Assembly: GCA_963677925.2 (NCBI GenBank)
Contig: CAXXYH010000001.1
Location: forward strand, 1-64,000
From: Spirochaetia bacterium
Lineage (GTDB): Bacteria; Spirochaetota; Spirochaetia; UBA9216
Length of the DNA stretch: 64,000 nucleotides
Direction: 5' to 3'
The translations under genes were made by a program, and so were the position numbers. The notes beneath the pieces are model-generated. The model ran no database searches. It was not told the DNA's origin and was given only the letters and a program-made list of their open reading frames with translations. Below, in pieces: positions 17,336 to 26,289 of this stretch. Numbering within the stretch: the first letter of the stretch is position 1; every line of letters starts with the position of its first letter.

Positions 17336-18466
17336 TCAGAAAAGATCTCCATCAGCTGCCGGAACAGCTTTCTTGGATGCAGCAGTTTTCTTTTCTTCTT
17401 TCCTGCTGTCATCAGCTGGTGCTGAAGCTTCGGGCTTGGGAAACATAACCTGACGAAGCTTTGCCTCTATATCAGCAGCGGTATCCGGGTTGTTTTCAAT
17501 GAAAAGTTTGGCATTTTCACGCCCCTGACCGATTCTCTCTTCTCCGTAAGAATACCAGCTTCCGCTTTTGTCTATCAGTTCATACTTAACAGCCGCATCA
17601 AGAAGACTTCCGCTGGCTGAAATACCCTTTCCGAACATAATTTCCATCTCCACTTTTTTGAAAGGAGGTGCAACCTTGTTCTTAACGACCTTTACTCTAA
17701 CTTTGTTTCCGATAGCGTTATCGGTTCCCTGAGTAATGGTTTCGACTCTTCTGACTTCAAGTCTTACAGACGAATAGAATTTAAGAGCGTTTCCGCCTGT
17801 AGTTGTTTCAGGGTTACCGAACATAACACCGATTTTCATTCTAATCTGGTTGATAAAGATCAGACAGCATCCGGATTTGGAGATAGTACCGGTCAGTTTT
17901 CTAAGTGCCTGGCTCATAAGTCTGGCCTGAAGTCCCATATGGGAATCTCCCATTTCTCCTTCGATTTCAGCCTGGGGTGTAAGAGCCGCTACCGAATCTA
18001 TAACAACAATATCTACTGCTCCGGATCGTACCAGTGACTCGGCTATCTCAAGGGCTTGTTCACCGGTATCAGGCTGTGAAACCCACAGTTCATCGGTATT
18101 AACGCCTAGAGCCTTGGCATAAGTAGGATCGAGCGCATGCTCGGCATCTATAAATGCCGCAATACCGCCTTTTTTCTGTGCTTCAGCGATAGCATGCAGT
18201 GTGAGAGTTGTTTTACCTGAAGATTCTGGTCCGTAGACTTCAATAATTCTTCCTTTCGGATATCCGCCGACTCCAAGAGCTTCATCAAGAAGGATGGAAC
18301 CCGACGGTATAGATTCAACATTCAAGTCGGTACCGGTCCCCAATTTCATTAGTGAACCTTTTCCGAACTGTTTTTCTATCTGAAGTCGTGCTGCTTCAAG
18401 AGCTTTATCTTTTTCACTGTCATCAGTAATTACTTTGGTTTCGGGCAATGCTGCTCGTTTTGCCAT
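17336..18466 (-). CDS. recA: Recombinase RecA
   Basis: [46 protein letters not shown]. Confidence 0.99.
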   Translation of the reverse strand: MAKRAALPETKVITDDSEKDKALEAARLQIEKQFGKGSLMKLGTGTDLNVESIPSGSILLDEALGVGGYPKGRIIEVYGPESSGKTTLTLHAIAEAQKKGGIAAFIDAEHALDPTYAKALGVNTDELWVSQPDTGEQALEIAESLVRSGAVDIVVIDSVAALTPQAEIEGEMGDSHMGLQARLMSQALRKLTGTISKSGCCLIFINQIRMKIGVMFGNPETTTGGNALKFYSSVRLEVRRVETITQGTDNAIGNKVRVKVVKNKVAPPFKKVEMEIMFGKGISASGSLLDAAVKYELIDKSGSWYSYGEERIGQGRENAKLFIENNPDTAADIEAKLRQVMFPKPEASAPADDSRKEEKKTAASKKAVPAADGDLF

Positions 18467-18600
18467 AAATATACTCCTTACCCTCCCAATACCGAAAAAT
18501 ATTTACGGTGATTCAGGAATATCTTTTTTGTAATAATAGCTTAGAAAATTAAAAAAGTACAGGCATCTGTTACGGTGAGTTTCAGAGAGAAAACGGAATA

Positions 18601-19707
18601 TCAGTAAAGCCGCTGAACCGTTTTTCCTTTCAGGATTATCTGACCGGAATCATCAATATCTATTCGTGCAAGTACGGCTACAGGCTGATTTGCATTTACC
18701 CTGATGCCGAAATCAAATTCAACGGGAAGAACACCATCAAGATTTTTTTCCTCATGATAGCCGACCAGGAAATCAAATCTTATAACATCTTCACTTTCAA
18801 AGACGTTCGTTGTTTTGCCCTTCCACAAAACATAGCAGCCGCGATAAAGAGACGGTTCGGCTAATACTTCTGCATAGGTGAAGTTGTCTTTTACATCGGT
18901 TATTTCAGGTGCTCTTACGTATTCAGACAGAAGTCTCGCACGGTCTTTTACATATTCAGTGGCATTTGAAAGCAGAAGTCTGTTAATTTCTCTCATGGCA
19001 ATATTATCGCGGAAATCATAAAGATAATCCTGGATATCTTTCAAAAGCTTTTCTACTTCTTTTTCTGAAAAAGTATAGGAAAAGCTGCCTGTGAGTTCAG
19101 TGAACTCCTTTCTTGCATCAAGTTCTACATCAGGCAGTTCCGGTCTGGCTGAGCCTGTATCAAAAACATTAATAAATTTAAAAACTTTAACAGGCGCTGG
19201 AATCAGCCTGCCGGGAATTATTTGAACTGCAATAAGCAGTAAAATCAGAATTGCTGCAGGTATTAATAGATATTTAAGATTATTTCTTTTTTTACCTGGA
19301 ACAGGAATAAATTTCTGAAGTCGCTCCTGTGCGGCTACTCCGGTGAAATAATCGCTTTCCGCATTTTTTTTGAGAAAATTAAGACCTCGTGCCGCATACG
19401 TGTTGTCTGGATCGAGTTCAATAACATCAAGCCATATTCTAAGTGCATTACCAGTATCGCCTCTTTTAAGATAAACTACAGCGATTCCAAGGAGAGAGAC
19501 TATATCATCTTCATTTATAGTGATTGCCCGTCTCAGATACGAATAGGCTCCGCCGTAATCACCTGTAAAAAGACAGGACATCCCGAGTAAATGGTAGAAT
19601 TCAAAATTATCACGGAAACGGAATACCTGAGGTTCAAGTATCCTTATTACGTCGGAGAATTTTTGTTTGTTGTACAGTATAAGAGCATTCTTGAAACTTT
19701 CCGCCAT
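18601..19707 (-). CDS. TPR-containing membrane protein with a C-terminal beta-rich domain
   Basis: N-terminal TPR-like helices, central TM (LLIPAAILILLLIAV), C-terminal extracytoplasmic domain. Confidence 0.7.
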   Translation of the reverse strand: MAESFKNALILYNKQKFSDVIRILEPQVFRFRDNFEFYHLLGMSCLFTGDYGGAYSYLRRAITINEDDIVSLLGIAVVYLKRGDTGNALRIWLDVIELDPDNTYAARGLNFLKKNAESDYFTGVAAQERLQKFIPVPGKKRNNLKYLLIPAAILILLLIAVQIIPGRLIPAPVKVFKFINVFDTGSARPELPDVELDARKEFTELTGSFSYTFSEKEVEKLLKDIQDYLYDFRDNIAMREINRLLLSNATEYVKDRARLLSEYVRAPEITDVKDNFTYAEVLAEPSLYRGCYVLWKGKTTNVFESEDVIRFDFLVGYHEEKNLDGVLPVEFDFGIRVNANQPVAVLARIDIDDSGQIILKGKTVQRLY

Positions 19708-19709
19708 CG

Positions 19710-20774
19710 TTATTCTTCAAAATTCTCTTTATTCTTTTCTAATGTCTGTATCATTATATTCAATGTATTAAGCTCGTCTGCTGTTAAAGGTTCATTGGAG
19801 TTAAGCAGTCTGTTTATATGAGTAATAAGGTCATCAGTCAATACCAGTTCATTCTTGATTGCGTTTTCAGTACTTGTAAATGATTCTGTGGAATCGTCAG
19901 TAGAGACTCGGTTATAAAGATCGTCAAGATTTGAATTTTCAGTTGCAGTCTTTACCTCAAATCCGGTTTCAGAATAATTGCCGAGTACGAGAGTGATCGT
20001 TCGGCTGCTTCCGGAGGGGATTCTGACAGGGTCATAATAATGTGCAACAGCCGAATCATTAATTGAATAAGGAAGCAGGTTGAAATTCCGGTTGTCCTTT
20101 GTGTTAAGTGTCCAACCGCTTTCATCAAGTCTTTTCCAGTTAGCAAAGATAACCTGGTCGGGCTGAGTTACTACCTTATTATCAAGCATTACAAGTAGCC
20201 CGATGTCCGGTGTATCCTCATCAATGGAAACCCAGTAATCGGGCATGAGCCCCTTATATACCTTTTCACCGGAAATATATGTATAATCAGGATTTCGAAA
20301 ATGCCGGCTGCTCTTGTTTTTTTCACCAAGCCAGGTATCAAAAAGATATTTCAGTCCTACACTTAGGGTTGTTTCAGAAATGTTATTTATCGTGATATCG
20401 ATTCTTACTCCATCTGCTATACTGGAACTCTTTGATGTGACAAATGAAAAGGCCTCTGTTATCTTGAGCTGCTTTGATGTCCATACAAATGAAGAACCTG
20501 TTTTAGTCGGTTCGATACTCTGTTCAAAATCATAACTGTCACCGAGTTTGAAGGTTTTATTATCAACAAGCAGGGTTATACCGCTTGTTCGCGGATCCTG
20601 TTTGAGCAGAAGTGATGTATATTTGTCTGTAACAAGCTCGTTCTGATAGAAAACACTTATTCTTCCGCTGGATTCATGCATTGAAAGCTTCATCCGGCCT
20701 TCTTTAAGGTCTTCTGCAGAAATAAGAGATGTAAATACTAATGCCGCTAATATGACTGCGTATAACTTTTTCAT
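19710..20774 (-). CDS. Secreted hypothetical protein
   Basis: Signal peptide MKKLYAVILAALVFTSLISA, beta-rich body, coiled C-terminus; tightly coupled to its neighbours. Confidence 0.75.
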   Translation of the reverse strand: MKKLYAVILAALVFTSLISAEDLKEGRMKLSMHESSGRISVFYQNELVTDKYTSLLLKQDPRTSGITLLVDNKTFKLGDSYDFEQSIEPTKTGSSFVWTSKQLKITEAFSFVTSKSSSIADGVRIDITINNISETTLSVGLKYLFDTWLGEKNKSSRHFRNPDYTYISGEKVYKGLMPDYWVSIDEDTPDIGLLVMLDNKVVTQPDQVIFANWKRLDESGWTLNTKDNRNFNLLPYSINDSAVAHYYDPVRIPSGSSRTITLVLGNYSETGFEVKTATENSNLDDLYNRVSTDDSTESFTSTENAIKNELVLTDDLITHINRLLNSNEPLTADELNTLNIMIQTLEKNKENFEE

Positions 20775-21815
20775 TTACTCTCTCCCGACCTTGCTTAGAT
20801 ATTCAAGATAAAAGTTTTTGATTTCCTGAGCTCTTGATTTTATTTCAAGCAGCTTCAGCCGGTCATCCGCGGTCAGATTGGTTTTTTCCTCTGTATCCGC
20901 GGGTTCCACATCTGATGCAGCCGATTCTTCAGGATTTACTTCAATAACCTTCGCCGCTGATTCCTGAACTTTGGTTTCTGCGTTAGTAAGCCTGTATTCA
21001 AGTTCAGCAATTTTACGTTTCAGTGCCATGATTTCGTTGTCTTTATTTCTAAGTTTTGTCTGCAGGTCCAGAAGCTCAACTGAAAGCCCCTGTGAACTGT
21101 CCTGTATTCCGGTTTCAGACAGTGAGAGACGCTTCTGATAATTATCCAGAGCTTTTTCGTAGGTTTTTTCCCTTACCTGAAATTCTTCAAGAGATTTCAG
21201 ATATTCTTCATGTGTAAGTTTTAGAAGATCTATCAGAGATTCCTCTCTATATTTCTGTTCAATCAGACCAAGACGGTAATTTGCAGATTCAACCTTATAG
21301 CTTGAAGGATATTTATAGGTAATGTAGCTGTATATCTTTTCTGCTTCCTGAAGTCTGCCGAGAGAATATAAAGACTCAGCGGTCCAGTAATAAGCGTTTG
21401 CAGTAAAAGGCGCCTCCGGATATTTCTCTATGTATTTCTGATTTTCCTGAATACAGTTCTCATAATCCTGTTGTAGAAAAAGAAGCCTGCCTTTCTGATA
21501 CAGAGCCTCCGGATAAAATCTGTGTTCAGGAAAGTTTGATATAAAGAATTCAAGATTCTGTTCCGCATTATCGAGCTTTCTAAGCGCCATATAGGATTTT
21601 GCAATCCAGAAATAGGCATCAGAATGGTAAGATTTAAGTCCTGAGTCTATAATTACTTCACGAAAATAATTTAAGGCAGTCTCATAATCAGCCACACCGA
21701 AACTTTTTATGCCCATATCCAGTTTTGAAACTGAAACGGTATTCTGAGCGGTCGCCGAGACTGCTGTTATATATAAAAGAGAAACTGCCATAAGGATTTT
21801 AGATATACGTTTCAA
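20775..21815 (-). CDS. Periplasmic TPR protein (CpoB/YbgF/BamD-like repeats) with coiled coil
   Basis: Signal peptide; repeats such as DAYFWIAKSY, EALYQKG, NAYYWTAESLY; TTG start with AGGAG SD. Confidence 0.78.
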   Translation of the reverse strand: MKRISKILMAVSLLYITAVSATAQNTVSVSKLDMGIKSFGVADYETALNYFREVIIDSGLKSYHSDAYFWIAKSYMALRKLDNAEQNLEFFISNFPEHRFYPEALYQKGRLLFLQQDYENCIQENQKYIEKYPEAPFTANAYYWTAESLYSLGRLQEAEKIYSYITYKYPSSYKVESANYRLGLIEQKYREESLIDLLKLTHEEYLKSLEEFQVREKTYEKALDNYQKRLSLSETGIQDSSQGLSVELLDLQTKLRNKDNEIMALKRKIAELEYRLTNAETKVQESAAKVIEVNPEESAASDVEPADTEEKTNLTADDRLKLLEIKSRAQEIKNFYLEYLSKVGRE

Positions 21816-21866
21816 GGTCTACACTCCTATCTTCAATTTCGACCTTTTTCCGTATTATATAAAGAA

Positions 21867-22532
21867 TTAAATACGGCCTTTTATGATTCCGGCTTCCTTT
21901 ACCGGGTCCTCTGCTCCATAGAAAGAGCTTCCGCTTACTGCTACATCAAGCCCTGCTTCAATCATAGGGCCTACAGTATCCCGGCTGATACCGCCGTCTG
22001 CAGAAATCAGGTAATTATAGCCTTTTTCTTCACGGATTGCCGCAAGTTTTCTTATCTTTTCTATACATGCAGGGATAAGTTTCTGGCCTCCGAACCCGGG
22101 GTTTACGGTCATTACAAGGACCAGATCAACTTCGGAAAGTATTTCGGAAAGTGCATCAACAGGGGTTGACGGAACCAATGAAATACCGGCTTTAACACCG
22201 CCGTCTTTAATTTTGTTAATTACCCTGTTCACATGAACAGTGCTTTCCATATGTATAGTAATATAATCTGCACCCGCCTTGATAAAATTATCGATCTGAT
22301 TTTCAGGCGAATTAATCATCAGGTGGGCATCCAGAACCAGTTTTGTAAGCGGTCTTATGTCAGCTATCATTTTATGACCGAAGGTGATAACAGGCACAAA
22401 ATTCCCGTCCATGACATCAAGATGAAGCCATTCACAGCCTGCTTTTTCAGCCAGTCTGACCCCTTCATTCATAGCTGTAAAATCAGCGGAAAGTACTGAG
22501 GGGGCAAGAATTATTCCATTTTTATCTTTCAT
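21867..22532 (-). CDS. rpe: Ribulose-phosphate 3-epimerase
   Basis: LAPSVLSADF, HLDVMDGNFVP, MTVNPGFGGQ, ADGGI; ATG 22532 matches the usual N-terminus. Confidence 0.96.
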   Translation of the reverse strand: MKDKNGIILAPSVLSADFTAMNEGVRLAEKAGCEWLHLDVMDGNFVPVITFGHKMIADIRPLTKLVLDAHLMINSPENQIDNFIKAGADYITIHMESTVHVNRVINKIKDGGVKAGISLVPSTPVDALSEILSEVDLVLVMTVNPGFGGQKLIPACIEKIRKLAAIREEKGYNYLISADGGISRDTVGPMIEAGLDVAVSGSSFYGAEDPVKEAGIIKGRI

Positions 22533-22567
22533 GGCTAAACTGTAACAGAATTTGCACAAAGGTTCAA
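22533..22567 (-). promoter_or_regulatory. Sigma-70-like promoter 6 nt upstream of the rpe ATG (leaderless architecture)
   Basis: Minus strand TTGAAC-N17-TACAGT with extended TG, 6 nt, ATG 22532. Confidence 0.6.
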
Positions 22568-22597
22568 TTATTGTCACTCTGAGTTTTCCTCCACTGA

Positions 22598-22625
22598 TTG
22601 ACTAATAATCCACACATGTTATAAT
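22598..22625 (+). promoter_or_regulatory. Sigma-70 promoter of the TPR-greA operon
   Basis: TTGACT-N16-TATAAT with extended TG, 11 nt before ATG 22637. Confidence 0.7.
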
Positions 22626-22636
22626 GAAAGACGCAC

Positions 22637-23569
22637 ATGAACAGCGTAATGAAGTCATCTCTCCTCGAAGAGGCATATGGTTTTTTTCACAAGGGCTTTT
22701 TTGGAGATGCCATTGAAACACTTGAGAAAGCTCTGGAGATAGATTTTGAGGATGATAGAATCCTGAGTGCTCTTAAATGTGCAAATTTCTGGCGGGAGAA
22801 AGAGAACAGGATAGATACGATTGGTGAAAATCTTGCCAAGGGTGAATATCTTCTTAAGGAATGGAAGAACTTCATGGCCTTTGCAGAGAATTTTACCGGA
22901 TTTGATGAAAAGTGCATTAATGCACTTAGACAGTGGTGTTTCGGGACTGCTTTGAACAGCTATGAGAAAGTTTTCTATGATTCTGGCGGGAATGATCACG
23001 AGATACTGTTTAAAATAGGAAGGTGCTATAAATGCATGGGTGATTATGCAAATGCCCTGACCTTTCTTGAAAGAACTTTCAGACAGCAGAAAGAGAATGC
23101 TGCAGTAATGGCTGAACTTGCAGACTGCTATGCTTTAATCAACGAGATTAAACCGGCAAAACTGTTCTTCAGGGAGGCCTTTTTTATTGATCCTTCAAAA
23201 GTAGAGACAGCCTTTCTGGAATCAATGATGATTCAGCGGCTTATTTCGAGAGTAAGAGAGCTGAATTTGAGCAGGGAGCAGATAAAAGAATGGATACCCG
23301 TCTACGGGGTGATATACGGAGTATTCAATATCAAAAGAGAGCTTAAGCCGCTTGAGCTTGGAAAATTAAAACAGTCTATTTTTTCGTTTGAAAACAGACT
23401 TGAAGAAAACGGAGAGATTGGTGCGGAAACACAGCCCAGACTACTCAATGCATACTTCAGGCTTGTTGATCATTATATTTCAGTTGGTGAAGAACGTGAA
23501 AAAATTGAGGAACTGTTGCGGAAAATAAAAAGACTTAATAACGAAGTCTTTAATCAATATATTAACTAG
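22637..23569 (+). CDS. TPR protein upstream of greA
   Basis: TPR-like helices (LFKIGRCYKCMGDY, AELADCYAL); 12 nt before greA. Confidence 0.8.
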   Translation: MNSVMKSSLLEEAYGFFHKGFFGDAIETLEKALEIDFEDDRILSALKCANFWREKENRIDTIGENLAKGEYLLKEWKNFMAFAENFTGFDEKCINALRQWCFGTALNSYEKVFYDSGGNDHEILFKIGRCYKCMGDYANALTFLERTFRQQKENAAVMAELADCYALINEIKPAKLFFREAFFIDPSKVETAFLESMMIQRLISRVRELNLSREQIKEWIPVYGVIYGVFNIKRELKPLELGKLKQSIFSFENRLEENGEIGAETQPRLLNAYFRLVDHYISVGEEREKIEELLRKIKRLNNEVFNQYIN

Positions 23570-23581
23570 TCAGGAGTACAT

Positions 23582-26275
23582 ATGTCCACAGATTGCATAA
23601 AAACGATTTCTGAGATCCTAAACGAAGAGAAATGGACCAGAGCAACTTTAAACAGCTATACAATAAATAACTTCAAGGAGCTTGAATCACTTATCAAACT
23701 TGCCTATGAAGATGAAATACAGAATGAAGTAAAGGATCTTTGTGACGAACACCTGACTCACACAAAAAACAGCATTGTAGCACTATATATTTCCGGAATC
23801 CTGTCTTTAAGACGCCAGCTCATCGATGATACCAACCTTGTGATGCTGATTACCATATTCACAGATAACCATAAATGGAACATTGTTGAGTTTCTTTGCG
23901 AAAGAATCCTCGAATTCGGGGAAAACAAGTACGCATTAAGAACCCTTGCTGAATGTTATGAAAATGAGAACGAAGAAGAGAAAAAGTATGAAGTCTGGGA
24001 CAGACTGATTAAAGTAGATTATGAAGAAGCTGATATTACAAAGCTTCTTGCTGAAAAAAGAGAAAATGAAGGCCAGATTGAAGAAGCCGTTGAATTATAT
24101 AAGAAGGCCATTCACCGTTATATTAATAAGAAACTGTTCAGCAGTGTAAAGGAAATATGGGCAAAGCTCATTGAATACTCACCCGAAGAAACTGACTTTT
24201 TTGCCCACGTTGATAGAAAAGTCAGCACAATCATCAGCACAGAACGTGCTTCACAGCTACTTGAAGACCTGTATGCATACTATAAGCAGGAAGAACTCTG
24301 GGATAAGTGTATAGAGATACTGAAGCAGATCCTCATCTATGATCCCAAGAATGCCTGGGCAAGGAAAGAAATTACAGACTGTTTCAAGGCCAAATACAGC
24401 TTTCACAGCCAGCTTGATGAGTATGTACGTCTTTCCAACCTTAATCAGAGCTGGAGAAATGTACATGATGCGATTGCTGACTTTGAAAAGCATATTTCAT
24501 TCGATGTCGGAAGCTTTGTAAGCCATAATTCCTGGGGGATCGGTAAAATTAAAAGCATAAGCGGTGACGAAATTGTTATCGATTTTGTTAAAAAGCGTAA
24601 TCACAAGATGTCGCTTAAGATGGCAGTAAACGCTCTTACCAGTCTCGCAAAGGATCACATAACAGTTCTTAAAGTAAGAAAGAAGAAAGATGTGCTGCAT
24701 GATAAGATTAAAAACGACATTACATGGGCATTAAAGATAGTAATCCGAAGCTTTGATAATGCGGCTAATATGAAGCAGATCAAGGCGGCTCTGGTCCCTG
24801 GAATCCTTACACAGGGTGAATGGTCCAGCTGGAGTACAAATGCAAGAAACATCCTGAAGGAAGACCCTGTTTTCGGCAACCATCCCGATAAAATCGATGT
24901 TTTTATTGTACGAGACAAGCCTATATCCAAAGAAGAGAAAATCTATAATAAATTTAAAGCAGAAAAGAACTTCTTTAATAAGATCAAAGCACTTGATGAC
25001 TTTGTGAAAGTCAGTGATGTAGAATCGGATTTTTTCAATGAAATGTTTTCCTATTTTGCCAATCTGCTTAAATCTCATACCATTGTAAACGAACAGACTA
25101 TTGCAAGTTTCTTTGTTGTCAGCAAGCTTGTAAATGAGTTTCCGTTTCTGAAATCTGCTGAATTTGAACTTGATTTTATGAAGCTGATTGCAAATATTGA
25201 TGATCTTGAAGCCGTTTATGTAAAGCTTGATAACAGTGATATTAAAAGAAGTTTTCTTATTGCTCTTAAGCAGCTTGAAGACTGGCCTGATCTTTATATC
25301 AGATTATTCCCGAAATCAATGTCTACTGCCATTATTGATGAACTCTCCTCTTCAGGATACAAGGACAGAATTGAAGAACTTTTCATTTCGATTTCAGACC
25401 GATACAGGGAGTTCAGAGAAGCATTTATCTGGATTGTTAGAAATTACGTCACTGAAAAATGGTGCAGCAAGCATAATACCAATTATGAAAAGATTCTCAT
25501 AAACATGGTGCATCTTCTTGATATTACCTTCAGAGAGATATCTGATAAAAAGGATGTAAGTGATAACAGAAGGCTCAACAAGCAGATTCAGACTTTTCTA
25601 TTCAGGGAAGGCAAGATCAGCGACTACCTTTCAAGTGCTGACGAAGATTCTGTATCAAGAATTTATACTCTTATATCAGATGTTAAGGATCTTGATCCGC
25701 AGATTAAGATTAAACTTAAAGATACAATCAAACACAGATTCCCTGACTTCAGGTTCTACGATGAAACATCATCCAAGGCTGAAAAGAAGACATCTATCAG
25801 AGGACTTCTTGTTTCTGAAAAATCTTATAAAGTTAAACAGCAGGAACTTAAACATCTCGTTGAAGTTGAGATACCGATGAACTCAAAGGAGATCGGTGCT
25901 GCAATTGCACTTGGTGACCTAAGTGAAAATGCAGAGTATAAAGCTGGAAAGGAAAAGCAGGAGCTTCTCCAGATTACTGTAGGTAAACTGAAGGAAGAGA
26001 TAGAAAAGGCTCAGATTGTTGATCCGGCTAATATAAGCGATGAGAAGATTGCTTTCGGTGTTAAAGTTTCAATGAAAAATAATACTTCAGGTAAGAATGA
26101 AGAGTTTACTATTCTCGGCCCATGGGAGTCAGATCCTGCAAAGAATATTATCTCTTACCAGTCTCCGTTCGCAGGAGAACTGCTTGGGCATCAGGCTGGA
26201 GAAACACTCACCTTTACAATCAACGAGAGAGAATACAACTACACAATCGAAAAACTGGCCGTCTCTGAATTCTAA
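23582..26275 (+). CDS. greA: Transcription elongation factor GreA, long spirochaetal form
   Basis: C-terminal GreA domain (GDLSENAEYKA, ILGPWESDP, ISYQSP) with a ~740-aa N-terminal extension. Confidence 0.94.
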   Translation: MSTDCIKTISEILNEEKWTRATLNSYTINNFKELESLIKLAYEDEIQNEVKDLCDEHLTHTKNSIVALYISGILSLRRQLIDDTNLVMLITIFTDNHKWNIVEFLCERILEFGENKYALRTLAECYENENEEEKKYEVWDRLIKVDYEEADITKLLAEKRENEGQIEEAVELYKKAIHRYINKKLFSSVKEIWAKLIEYSPEETDFFAHVDRKVSTIISTERASQLLEDLYAYYKQEELWDKCIEILKQILIYDPKNAWARKEITDCFKAKYSFHSQLDEYVRLSNLNQSWRNVHDAIADFEKHISFDVGSFVSHNSWGIGKIKSISGDEIVIDFVKKRNHKMSLKMAVNALTSLAKDHITVLKVRKKKDVLHDKIKNDITWALKIVIRSFDNAANMKQIKAALVPGILTQGEWSSWSTNARNILKEDPVFGNHPDKIDVFIVRDKPISKEEKIYNKFKAEKNFFNKIKALDDFVKVSDVESDFFNEMFSYFANLLKSHTIVNEQTIASFFVVSKLVNEFPFLKSAEFELDFMKLIANIDDLEAVYVKLDNSDIKRSFLIALKQLEDWPDLYIRLFPKSMSTAIIDELSSSGYKDRIEELFISISDRYREFREAFIWIVRNYVTEKWCSKHNTNYEKILINMVHLLDITFREISDKKDVSDNRRLNKQIQTFLFREGKISDYLSSADEDSVSRIYTLISDVKDLDPQIKIKLKDTIKHRFPDFRFYDETSSKAEKKTSIRGLLVSEKSYKVKQQELKHLVEVEIPMNSKEIGAAIALGDLSENAEYKAGKEKQELLQITVGKLKEEIEKAQIVDPANISDEKIAFGVKVSMKNNTSGKNEEFTILGPWESDPAKNIISYQSPFAGELLGHQAGETLTFTINEREYNYTIEKLAVSEF

Positions 26276-26289
26276 ACCGGAGCGTTTTC

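Noticed and set aside
17335-17412. folK N-terminal extension overlapping recA
   Set aside because: FolK homology begins at TVYLGLGSN, and a TTG just after the recA stop is the simpler start.
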